Of a stretch of 64,000 bases of DNA, positions 11,601 to 24,667 are shown piece by piece (the stretch's first letter is position 1; each line of letters begins with the position of its first letter). The stretch lies in assembly GCF_009914755.1 (NCBI RefSeq), contig NC_060932.1; one strand, written 5' to 3'. Below the pieces are notes generated by a model, which ran no database searches, was not told the DNA's origin, and saw only the letters and a list, made by a program, of their open reading frames with translations. A program made the position numbers and the translations under genes. Source of the stretch: the human T2T-CHM13v2.0 reference genome, Homo sapiens.

Positions 11601-14600
11601 GATGTGGGTACTCAACTAACAGTGTTGATCCATTCTTTTGATACAGCAGTTTTGAACCACACTTTTTGTAGAATCTGCAAGTGGATATTTGGATAGCTGT
11701 GAGGATTTCGTTGGAAACGGGAATGTCTTCATAGAAAATTTAGACAGAAGCATTCTCAGAACCTTGATTGTGATGTGTGTTCTCCACTAACAGAGTTGAA
11801 CCTTTCTTTTGACAGAACTGTTCTGAAACATTCTTTTTATAGAATCTGGAAGTGGATATTTGGAAAGCTTTGAGGATTTCGTTGGAAACGGGAATATCTT
11901 CAAATCAAATCTAGCCAGAAGCATTCTAAGAAACAGCTTAGGGATGTTTACATTCAAGTCACAGAGTTGAACATTCCCTTTCACAGAGCAGGTTTGAAAC
12001 AATCTTCTCGTACTATCTGGCAGTGGACATTTTGAGCTCCTTGGGGCCTATGCTGAAAAAGGAAATATCTTCCGACAAAAACTAGACAGAAGCATTCGCA
12101 GAATCACGTTTGTGATGTGTGCACTCAACTGTCAGAATTGAACCTTGGTTTGGAGAGAGCACTTTTGAAACACTCTTTTTGTAGAATCTGCAGGTGGATA
12201 TTTGGCTAGCTTTGAGGATTTCGTTGGAAACGGTAATGTCTTCAAAGAAAATCTAGACAGAAGCATTCTCAGAAACACCTTCGTGATGTTTGCAATCAAG
12301 TCACAGAGTTGAACCTTCCGTTTCATAGAGCAGGTTGGAAACACTCTTTTTGTAGTATCTGGAAGTGGACATTTGGAGGGCTTTGTAGCCTATCTGGAAA
12401 AAGGAAATATCTTCCCATGAATGCGAGATAGAAGTAATCTCAGAAACATGTTTATGCTGTATCTACTCAACTAACTGTGCTGAACATTTCTATTGATAGA
12501 GCAGTTTTGAGACACTCTTCTTTTGGAATCTGCAAGTGGATATTTGGAGAGATTTGAGGATTTCGTTGGAAATGGGATTATATATAAAAAGTAGACAGCA
12601 GCATTCTCAGAAACTTCTTTGTGATGTTTGCATCCAGCTCTCAGAGTTGAACATTCCCTTTCATAGAGTAGGTTTGAAACCCTCTTTTTATAGTGTCTGG
12701 AAGCGGGCATTTGGAGCGCTTTCAGACCTATGCTTAAAATAGGAAATATCTACCTACAGAAACTAGACAGAAGCATTCTGAGAATCTCGTTTGTGATGTG
12801 GGTACTCAACTAACAGTGTTGATCCATTCTTTTGATACAGCAGTTTTGAACCACACTTTTTGTAGAATCTGCAAGAGGATATTTGGATAGCTGTGAGGAT
12901 TTCGTTGGAAACGGGAATGTCTTCAAAGAAAATCTAGACAGAAGCATTCTCAGAAACACCTTCGTGATGTTTGCAATCAAGTCACAGAGTTGAACCTTCC
13001 GTTTCATAGAGCAGGTTGGAAACACTCTTATTGTAGTATCTGGAAGTGGACATTTGGAGCGCTTTCAGGCCTATGGTGAAAAAGGAAATATCTTCCCATA
13101 AAAACGACATAGAAGCTATCTCAGGAACTTGTTTATGATGCATCTAATCAACTAACAGTGTTGAACCTTTGTACTGACAGAGCACTTTGAAACACTCTTT
13201 TTTTGGAATCTGCAAGTGGATATTTGGATCGCTTTGAGGATTTCGTTGGAAACGGGATGCAATATAAAACGTACACAGCAGCATACTCAGAAAATACTTT
13301 GCCATATTTCCATTCAAGTCACAGAGTGGAACATTCCCATTCATAGAGCAGGTTGGAAACACTCTTTTTGGAGTATCTGGAAGTGGACATTTGGAGCGCT
13401 TTCTGAACTATGGTGAAAAAGGAAATATCTTCCAATGAAAACAAGACAGAAGCATTCTGAGAAACTTATTTGTGATGTGTGTCCTCAACAAACGGACTTG
13501 AACCTTTCGTTTCATGCAGTACTTCTGGAACACTCTTTTTGAAGATTCTGCATGCGGATATTTGGATAGCTTTGAGGATTTCGTTGGAAACGGGCTTACA
13601 TGTAAAAATTAGACAGCAGCATTCTCAGAAACTTCTTTGTGGTGTCTGCATTCAAGTCACAGAATTGAACTTCCCCTCACATAGAGCAGTTGTGCAGCAC
13701 TCTATTTGTAGTATCTGGAAGTGGACATTTGGAGGGCTTTGTAGCCTATCTGGAAAAAGGAAATATCTTCCCATGAATGCGAGATAGAAGTAATCTCAGA
13801 AACATGTTTATGCTGTATCTACTCAACTAACTGTGCTGAACATTTCTATTGATAGAGCAGTTTTGAGACCCTCTTCTTTTGGAATCTGCAAGTGGATATT
13901 TGGATAGATTTGAGGATTTCGTTGGAAACGGGATTATATATAAAAAGTAGACAGCAGCATTCTCAGAAACTTCTTTGTGATGTTTGCATCCAGCTCTCAG
14001 AGTTGAACATTCCCTTTCATAGAGTAGGTTTGAAACCCTCTTTTTATAGTGTCTGGAAGCGGGCATTTGGAGCGCTTTCAGGCCTATGCTGAAAAAGGAG
14101 ATATCTACCTATAGAAACTAGACAGAAGCATTCTGAGAATCACGTTTGTGATGTGGGTACTCAACTAACAGTGTTGATCCATTCTTTTGATACAGCAGTT
14201 TTGAACCACACTTTTTGTAGAATCTGCAAGTGGATATTTGGATAGCTGTGAGGATTTCGTTGGAAACGGGAATGTCTTCATAGAAAATTTAGAGAGAAGC
14301 ATTCTCAGAACCTTGATTGTGATGTGTGTTCTCCACTAACAGAGTTGAACCTTTCTTTTGACAGAACTGTTCTGAAACATTCTTTTTATAGAATCTGGAA
14401 GTGGATATTTGGAAAGCTTTGAGGATTTCGTTGGAAACGGGAATATCTTCAAATAAAATCTAGCCAGAAGCATTCTAAGAAACATCTTAGGGATGTTTAC
14501 ATTCAAGTCACAGAGTTGAACATTCCCTTTCACAGAGCAGGTTTGAAACAATCTTCTCGTACTATCTGGCAGTGGACATTTTGAGCTCTTTGGGGCCTAT

Positions 14601-17600
14601 GCTGAAAAAGGAAATATCTTCCGACAAAAACTAGACAGAAGCATTCGCAGAATCACGTTTGTGATGTGTGCACTCAACTGTCAGAATTGAACCTTGGTTT
14701 GGAGAGAGCACTTTTGAAACACTCTTTTTGTAGAATCTGCAGGTGGATATTTGGCTAGCTTTGAGGATTTCGTTGGAAACGGTAATGTCTTCAAAGAAAA
14801 TCTAGACAGAAGCATTCTCAGAAACACCTTCGTGATGTTTGCAATCAAGTCACAGAGTTGAACCTTCCGTTTCATAGAGCAGGTTGGAAACACACTTTTT
14901 GTAGTATCTGGAAGTGGACATTTGGAGGGCTTTGTAGCCTATCTGGAAAAAGGAAATATCTTCCCATGAATGCGAGATAGAAGTAATCTGAGAAACATGT
15001 TTATGCTGTATCTACTCAACTAACTGTGCTGAACATTTCTATTGATAGAGCAGTTTTGAGACACTCTTCTTTTGGAATCTGCAAGTGGATATTTGGATAG
15101 ATTTGAGGATTTCGTTGGAAACGGGATTATATATAAAAAGTAGACAGCAGCATTCTCAGAAACTTCTTTGTGATGTTTGCATCCAGCTCCCAGAGTTGAA
15201 CATTCCCTTTCATAGAGTAGGTTTGAAACCCTCTTTTTATAGTGTCTGGAAGCGGGCATTTGGAGCGCTTTCAGGCCTATGCTGAAAACGGAAATATCTA
15301 CCTATAGAAACTAGACAGAAGCATTCTGAGAATCACGTTTGTGATGTGGGTACTCAACTAACAGTGTTGATCCATTCTTTTGATACAGCAGTTTTGAACC
15401 ACACTTTTTGTAGAATCTGCAAGTGGATATTTGGATAGCTGTGAGGATTTCGTTGGAAACGGGAATGTCTTCATAGAAAATTTAGACAGAAGCATTCTCA
15501 GAACCTTGATTGTGATGTGTGTTCTCCACTAACAGAGTTGAACCTTTCTTTTGACAGAACTGTTCTGAAACATTCTTTTTATAGAATCTGGAAGTGGATA
15601 TTTGGAAAGCTTTGAGGATTTCGTTGGAAACGGGAATATCTTCAAATCAAATCTAGCCAGAAGCATTCTAAGAAACAGCTTAGGGATGTTTACATTCAAG
15701 TCACAGAGTTGAACATTCCCTTTCACAGAGCAGGTTTGAAACAATCTTCTCGTACTATCTGGCAGTGGACATTTTGAGCTCTTTGGGGCCTATGCTGAAA
15801 AAGGAAATATCTTCCGACAAAAACTAGACAGAAGCATTCGCAGAATCACGTTTGTGATGTGTGCACTCAACTGTCAGAATTGAACCTTGGTTTGGACAGA
15901 GCACTTTTGAAACACTCTTTTTGTAGAATCTGCAGGTGGATATTTGGCTAGCTTTGAGGATTTCGTTGGAAACGGTAATGTCTTCAAAGAAAATCTAGAC
16001 AGAAGCATTCTCAGAAACAACTTCGTGATGTTTGCAATCAAGTCACAGAGTTGAACCTTCCGTTTCATAGAGCAGGTTGGAAACACACTTTTTGTAGTAT
16101 CTGGAAGTGGACATTTGGAGGGCTTTGTAGCCTATCTGGAAAAAGGAAATATCTTCCCATGAATGCGAGGTAGAAGTAATCTCAGAAACATGTTTATGCT
16201 GTATCTACTCAACTAACTGTGCTGAACATTTCTATTGATAGAGCAGTTTTGAGACACTCTTCTTTTGGAATCTGCAAGTGGATATTTGGATAGATTTGAG
16301 GATTTCGTTGGAAACGGGATTATATATAAAAAGTAGACAGCAGCATTCTCAGAAACTTCTTTGTGATGTTTGCATCCAGCTCTCAGAGTTGAACATTCCC
16401 TTTCATAGAGTAGGTTTGAAACCCTCTTTTTATAGTGTCTGGAAGCGGGCATTTGGAGCGCTTTCAGGCCTATGCTTAAAATAGGAAATATCTACCTACA
16501 GAAACTAGACAGAAGCATTCTGAGAATCACGTTTGTGATGTGGGTACTCAACTAACAGTGTTGATCCATTCTTTTGATACAGCAGTTTTGAACCACACTT
16601 TTTGTAGAATCTGCAAGAGGATATTTGGATAGCTGTGAGGATTTCGTTGGAAACGGGAATGTCTTCAAAGAAAATCTAGACAGAAGCATTCTCAGAAACA
16701 CCTTCGTGATGTTTGCAATCAAGTCACAGAGTTGAACCTTCCGTTTCATAGAGCAGGTTGGAAACACTCTTATTGTAGTATCTGGAAGTGGACATTTGGA
16801 GCGCTTTCAGGCCTATGGTGAAAAAGGAAATATCTTCCCATCAAAACGACATAGAAGCTATCTCAGGAACTTGTTTATGATGCATCTAATCAACTAACAG
16901 TGTTGAACCTTTGTACTGACAGAGCACTTTGAAACACTCTTTTTTTGGAATCTGCAAGTGGATATTTGGATCGCTTTGAGGATTTCGTTGGAAACGGGAT
17001 GCAATATAAAACGTACACAGCAGCATACTCAGAAAATACTTTGACATATTTCCATTCAAGTCACAGGGTGGAACATTCCCATTCATAGAGCAGGTTGGAA
17101 ACACTCTTTTTGGAGTATCTGGAAGTGGACATTTGGAGCGCTTTCTGAACTATGGTGAAAAAGGAAATATCTTCCAATGAAAACAAGACAGAAGCATTCT
17201 GAGAAACTTATTTGTGATGTGTGTCCTCAACAAACGGACTTGAACCTTTCGTTTCATGCAGTACTTCTGGAACACTCTTTTTGAAGATTCTGCATGCGGA
17301 TATTTGGATAGCTTTGAGGATTTCGTTGGAAACGGGCTTACATGTAAAAATTAGACAGCAGCATTCTCAGAAACTTCTTTGTGGTGTCTGCATTCAAGTC
17401 ACAGAATTGAACTTCCCCTCACATAGAGCAGTTGTGCAGCACTCTATTTGTAGTATCTGGAAGTGGACATTTGGAGGGCTTTGTAGCCTATCTGGAAAAA
17501 GGAAATATCTTCCCATGAATGCGAGATAGAAGTAATCTCAGAAACATGTTTATGCTGTATCTACTCAACTAACTGTGCTGAACATTTCTATTGATAGAGC

Positions 17601-20599
17601 AGTTTTGAGACCCTCTTCTTTTGGAATCTGCAAGTGGATATTTGGATAGATTTGAGGATTTCGTTGGAAACGGGATTATATATAAAAAGTAGACAGCAGC
17701 ATTCTCAGAAACTTCTTTGTGATGTTTGCATCCAGCTCTCAGAGTTGAACATTCCCTTTCATAGAGTAGGTTTGAAACCCTCTTTTTATAGTGTCTGGAA
17801 GCGGGCATTTGGAGCGCTTTCAGGCCTATGCTGAAAAAGGAGATATCTACCTATAGAAACTAGACAGAAGCATTCTGAGAATCACGTTTGTGATGTGGGT
17901 ACTCAACTAACAGTGTTGATCCATTCTTTTGATACAGCAGTTTTGAACCACACTTTTTGTAGAATCTGCATGTGGATATTTGGATAGCTGTGAGGATTTC
18001 GTTGGAAACGGGAATGTCTTCATAGAAAATTTAGACAGAAGCATTCTCAGAACCTTGATTGTGATGTGTGTTCTCCACTAACAGAGTTGAACCTTTCTTT
18101 TGACAGAACTGTTCTGAAACATTCTTTTTATAGAATCTGGAAGTGGATATTTGGAAAGCTTTGAGGATTTCGTTGGAAACGGGAATATCTTCAAATAAAA
18201 TCTAGCCAGAAGCATTCTAAGAAACATCTTAGGGATGTTTACATTCAAGTCACAGAGTTGAACATTCCCTTTCACAGAGCAGGTTTGAAACAATCTTCTC
18301 GTACTATCTGGCAGTGGACATTTTGAGCTCTTTGGGGCCTATGCTGAAAAAGGAAATATCTTCCGACAAAAACTAGACAGAAGCATTCGCAGAATCACGT
18401 TTGTGATGTGTGCACTCAACTGTCAGAATTGAACCTTGGTTTGGAGAGAGCACTTTTGAAACACTCTTTTTGTAGAATCTGCAGGTGGATATTTGGCTAG
18501 CTTTGAGGATTTCGTTGGAAACGGTAATGTCTTCAAAGAAAATCTAGACAGAAGCATTCTCAGAAACACCTTCGTGATGTTTGCAATCAAGTCACAGAGT
18601 TGAACCTTCCGTTTCATAGAGCAGGTTGGAAACACACTTTTTGTAGTATCTGGAAGTGGACATTTGGAGGGCTTTGTAGCCTATCTGGAAAAAGGAAATA
18701 TCTTCCCATGAATGCGAGATAGAAGTAATCTCAGAAACATGTTTATGCTGTATCTACTCAACTAACTGTGCTGAACATTTCTATTGATAGAGCAGTTTTG
18801 AGACACTCTTCTTTTGGAATCTGCAAGTGGATATTTGGATAGATTTGAGGATTTCGTTGGAAACGGGATTATATATAAAAAGTAGACAGCAGCATTCTCA
18901 GAAACTTCTTTGTGATGTTTGCATCTAGCTCCCAGAGTTGAACATTCCCTTTCATAGAGTAGGTTTGAAACCCTCTTTTTATAGTGTCTGGAAGCGGGCA
19001 TTTGGAGCGCTTTCAGGCCTATGCTGAAAAAGGAAATATCTACCTATAGAAACTAGACAGAAGCATTCTGAGAATCACGTTTGTGATGTGGGTACTCAAC
19101 TAACAGTGTTGATCCATTCTTTTGATACAGCAGTTTTGAACCACACTTTTTGTAGAATCTGCAAGTGGATATTTGGATAGCTGTGAGGATTTCGTTGGAA
19201 ACGGGAATGTCTTCATAGAAAATTTAGACAGAAGCATTCTCAGAACCTTGATTGTGATGTGTGTTCTCCACTAACAGAGTTGAACCTTTCTTTTGACAGA
19301 ACTGTTCTGAAACATTCTTTTTATAGAATCTGGAAGTGGATATTTGGAAAGCTTTGAGGATTTCGTTGGAAACGGGAATATCTTCAAATCAAATCTAGCC
19401 AGAAGCATTCTAAGAAACAGCTTAGGGATGTTTACATTCAAGTCACAGAGTTGAACATTCCCTTTCACAGAGCAGGTTTGAAACAATCTTCTCGTACTAT
19501 CTGGCAGTGGACATTTTGAGCTCCTTGGGGCCTATGCTGAAAAAGGAAATATCTTCCGACAAAAACTAGACAGAAGCATTCGCAGAATCACGTTTGTGAT
19601 GTGTGCACTCAACTGTCAGAATTGAACCTTGGTTTGGAGAGAGCACTTTTGAAACACTCTTTTTGTAGAATCTGCAGGTGGATATTTGGCTAGCTTTGAG
19701 GATTTCGTTGGAAACGGTAATGTCTTCAAAGAAAATCTAGACAGAAGCATTCTCAGAAACACCTTCGTGATGTTTGCAATCAAGTCACAGAGTTGAACCT
19801 TCCGTTTCATAGAGCAGGTTGGAAACACTCTTTTTGTAGTATCTGGAAGTGGACATTTGGAGGGCTTTGTAGCCTATCTGGAAAAAGGAAATATCTTCCC
19901 ATGAATGCGAGATAGAAGTAATCTCAGAAACATGTTTATGCTGTATCTACTCAACTAACTGTGCTGAACATTTCTATTGATAGAGCAGTTTTGAGACACT
20001 CTTCTTTTGGAATCTGCAAGTGGATATTTGGATAGATTTGAGGATTTCGTTGGAAACGGGATTATATATAAAAAGTAGACAGCAGCATTCTCAGAAACTT
20101 CTTTGTGATGTTTGCATCCAGCTCTCAGAGTTGAACATTCCCTTTCATAGAGTAGGTTTGAAACCCTCTTTTTATAGTGTCTGGAAGCGGGCATTTGGAG
20201 CGCTTTCAGGCCTATGCTTAAAATAGGAAATATCTACCTACAGAAACTAGACAGAAGCATTCTGAGAATCACGTTTGTGATGTGGGTACTCAACTAACAG
20301 TGTTGATCCATTCTTTTGATACAGCAGTTTTGAACCACACTTTTTGTAGAATCTGCAAGAGGATATTTGGATAGCTGTGAGGATTTCGTTGGAAACGGGA
20401 ATGTCTTCAAAGAAAATCTAGACAGAAGCATTCTCAGAAACACCTTCGTGATGTTTGCAATCAAGTCACAGAGTTGAACCTTCCGTTTCATAGAGCAGGT
20501 TGGAAACACTCTTATTGTAGTATCTGGAAGTGGACATTTGGAGCGCTTTCAGGCCTATGGTGAAAAAGGAAATATCTTCCCATAAAAACGACATAGAAG
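5632..20599 (+). repeat. Four tandem 22-mer HORs (head + 7 + 7 + 4), 3742 bp each
   Basis: Marker ORF at 5995, 9737, 13479, 17221, 20963: constant 3742-bp spacing. Confidence 0.95.
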
Positions 20600-23500
20600 C
20601 TATCTCAGGAACTTGTTTATGATGCATCTAATCAACCAACAGTGTTGAACCTTTGTACTGACAGAGCACTTTGAAACACTCTTTTTTTGGAATCTGCAAG
20701 TGGATATTTGGATCGCTTTGAGGATTTCGTTGGAAACGGGATGCAATATAAAACGTACACAGCAGCATACTCAGAAAATACTTTGCCATATTTCCATTCA
20801 AGTCACAGAGTGGAACATTCCCATTCATAGAGCAGGTTGGAAACACTCTTTTTGGAGTATCTGGAAGTGGACATTTGGAGCGCTTTCTGAACTATGGTGA
20901 AAAAGGAAATATCTTCCAATGAAAACAAGACAGAAGCATTCTGAGAAACTTATTTGTGATGTGTGTCCTCAACAAACGGACTTGAACCTTTCGTTTCATG
21001 CAGTACTTCTGGAACACTCTTTTTGAAGATTCTGCATGCGGATATTTGGATAGCTTTGAGGATTTCGTTGGAAACGGGCTTACATGTAAAAATTAGACAG
21101 CAGCATTCTCAGAAACTTCTTTGTGGTGTCTGCATTCAAGTCACAGAATTGAACTTCCCCTCACATAGAGCAGTTGTGCAGCACTCTATTTGTAGTATCT
21201 GGAAGTGGACATTTGGAGGGCTTTGTAGCCTATCTGGAAAAAGGAAATATCTTCCCATGAATGCGAGATAGAAGTAATCTCAGAAACATGTTTATGCTGT
21301 ATCTACTCAACTAACTGTGCTGAACATTTCTATTGATAGAGCAGTTTTGAGACACTCTTCTTTTGGAATCTGCAAGTGGATATTTGGATAGATTTGAGGA
21401 TTTCGTTGGAAACGGGATTATATATAAAAAGTAGACAGCAGCATTCTCAGAAACTTCTTTGTGATGTTTGCATATAGCTCTCAGAGTTGAACACTCCCTT
21501 TCATAGAGTAGGTTTGAAACCCTCTTTTTATAGTGTCTGGAAGCGGGCATTTTGAGCGCTTTCAGGCCTATGCTTAAAATAGGAAATATCTACCTATAGA
21601 AACTAGACAGAAGCATTCTGAGAATCACGTTTGTGATGTGGGTACTCAACTAACAGTGTTGATCCATTCTTTTGATACAGCAGTTTTGAACCACACTTTT
21701 TGTAGAATCTGCAAGAGGATATTTGGATAGCTGTGAGGATTTCGTTGGAAACGGGAATGTCTTCAAAGAAAATCTAGACAGAAGCATTCTCAGAAACACC
21801 TTCGTGATGTTTGCAATCAAGTCACAGAGTTGAACCTTCCGTTTCATACAGCAGGTTGGAAACACTCTTATTGTAGTATCTGGAAGGGGACATTTGGAGC
21901 GCTTTCAGGCCTATGGTGAAAAAGGAAATATCTTCCCATAAAAACGACATAGAAGCTGTCTCAGGAACTTGTTTATGATGCATCTAATCAACTAACAGTG
22001 TTGAACCTTTGTACTGACAGAGCAGTTTGAAACACTCTTTTTTTGGAATCTGCAAGTGGATATTTGGATCGCTTTGAGGATTTCGTTGGAAACGGGATGC
22101 AATATAAAACGTACACAGCAGCATACTCAGAAAATACTTTGCCATATTTCCATTCAAGTCACAGAGTGGAACATTCCCATTCATAGAGCAGGTTTGAAAC
22201 ACTCTTTTTGGAGTATCTGGAAGTGGACATTTGGAGCGCTTTCTGAACTATGGTGAAAAAGGAAATATCTTCCAATGAAAACAAGACAGAAGCATTCTGA
22301 GAAACTTATTTGTGATGTGTGTCCTCAACAAACGGACTTGAACCTTTCGTTTCATGCAGTACTTCTGGAACACTCTTTTTGAAGATTCTGCATGCGGATA
22401 TTTGGATAGCTTTGAGGATTTCGTTGGAAACGGGCTTACATGTAAAAATTAGACAGCAGCATTCTCAGAAACTTCTTTGTGGTGTCTGCATTCAAGTCAC
22501 AGAATTGAACTTCCCCTCACATAGAGCAGTTGTGCAGCACTCTATTTGTAGTATCTGGAAGTGGACATTTGGAGGGCTTTGTAGCCTATCTGGAAAAAGG
22601 AAATATCTTCCCATGAATGCGAGATAGAAGTAATCTGAGAAACATGTTTATGCTGTATCTACTCAACTAACTGTGCTGAACATTTCTATTGATAGAGCAG
22701 TTTTGAGACACTCTTCTTTTGGAATCTGCAAGTGGATATTTGGATAGATTTGAGGATTTCGTTGGAAACGGGATTATATATAAAAAGTAGACAGCAGCAT
22801 TCTCAGAAACTTCTTTGTGATGTTTGCATCCAGCTCTCAGAGTTGAACATTCCCTTTCATAGAGTAGGTTTGAAACCCTCTTTTTATAGTGTCTGGAAGC
22901 GGGCATTTGGAGCGCTTTCAGGCCTATGCTTAAAATAGGAAATATCTACCTACAGAAACTAGACAGAAGCATTCTGAGAATCACGTTTGTGATGTGGGTA
23001 CTCAACTAACAGTGTTGATCCATTCTTTTGATAAAGCAGTTTTGAACCACACTTTTTGTAGAATCTGCAAGAGGATATTTGGATAGCTGTGAGGATTTCG
23101 TTGGAAACGGGAATGTCTTCAAAGAAAATCTAGACAGAAGCATTCTCAGAAACACCTTCGTGATGTTTGCAATCAAGTCACAGAGTTGAACCTTCCGTTT
23201 CATAGAGCAGGTTGGAAACACTCTTATTGTAGTATCTGGAAGTGGACATTTGGAGCGCTTTCAGGCCTATGGTGAAAAAGGAAATATCTTCCCATAAAAA
23301 CGACATAGAAGCTATCTCAGGAACTTGTTTATGATGCATCTAATCAACTAACAGTGTTGAACCTTTGTACTGACAGAGCAGTTTGAAACACTCTTTTTTT
23401 GGAATCTGCAAGTGGATATTTGGATCACTTTGAGGATTTCGTTGGAAACGGGATGCAATATAAAACGTACACAGCAGCATACTCAGAAAATACTTTGCCA

Positions 23501-24667
23501 TGTTTCCATTCAAGTCACAGAGTGGAACATTCCCATTCATAGAGCAGGTTGGAAACACTCTTTTTGGAGTATCTGGAAGTGGACATTTGGAGCGCTTTCT
23601 GAACTATGGTGAAAAAGGAAATATCTTCCAATGAAAACAAGACAGAAGCATTCTGAGAAACTTATTTGTGATGTGTGTCCTCAACAAACGGACTTGAACC
23701 TTTCGTTTCATGCAGTACTTCTGGAACACTCTTTTTGAAGATTCTGCATGCGGATATTTGGATAGCTTTGAGGATTTCGTTGGAAACGGGCTTACATGTA
23801 AAAATTAGACAGCAGCATTCTCAGAAACTTCTTTGTGGTGTCTGCATTCAAGTCACAGAATTGAACTTCCCCTCACATAGAGCAGTTGTGCAGCACTCTA
23901 TTTGTAGTATCTGGAAGTGGACATTTGGAGGGCTTTGTAGCCTATCTGGAAAAAGGAAATATCTTCCCATGAATGCGAGATAGAAGTAATCTCAGAAACA
24001 TGTTTATGCTGTATCTACTCAACTAACTGTGCTGAACATTTCTATTGATAGAGCAGTTTTGAGACACTCTTCTTTTGGAATCTGCAAGTGGATATTTGGA
24101 TAGATTTGAGGATTTCGTTGGAAACGGGATTATATATAAAAAGTAGACAGCAGCATTCTCAGAAACTTCTTTGTGATGTTTGCATCCAGCTCTCAGAGTT
24201 GAACATTCCCTTTCATAGAGTAGGTTTGAAACCCTCTTTTTATAGTGTCTGGAAGCGGGCATTTGGAGCGCTTTCAGGCCTATGCTTAAAATAGGAAATA
24301 TCTACCTACAGAAACTAGACAGAAGCATTCTGAGAATCACGTTTGTGATGTGGGTACTCAACTAACAGTGTTGATCCATTCTTTTGATACAGCAGTTTTG
24401 AACCACACTTTTTGTAGAATCTGCAAGAGGATATTTGGATAGCTGTGAGGATTTCGTTGGAAACGGTAATGTCTTCAAAGAAAATCTAGACAGAAGCATT
24501 CTCAGAAACACCTTCGTGATGTTTGCAATCAAGTCACAGAGTTGAACCTTCCGTTTCATAGAGCAGGTTGGAAACACTCTTATTGTAGTATCTGGAAGTG
24601 GACATTTGGAGCGCTTTCAGGCCTATGGTGAAAAAGGAAATATCTTCCCATCAAAACGACATAGAAG
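20600..24667 (+). repeat. Three tandem 8-mer HORs (head + 4-mer), 1356 bp each
   Basis: Marker ORF at 20963, 22319, 23675, 25031. Confidence 0.95.
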
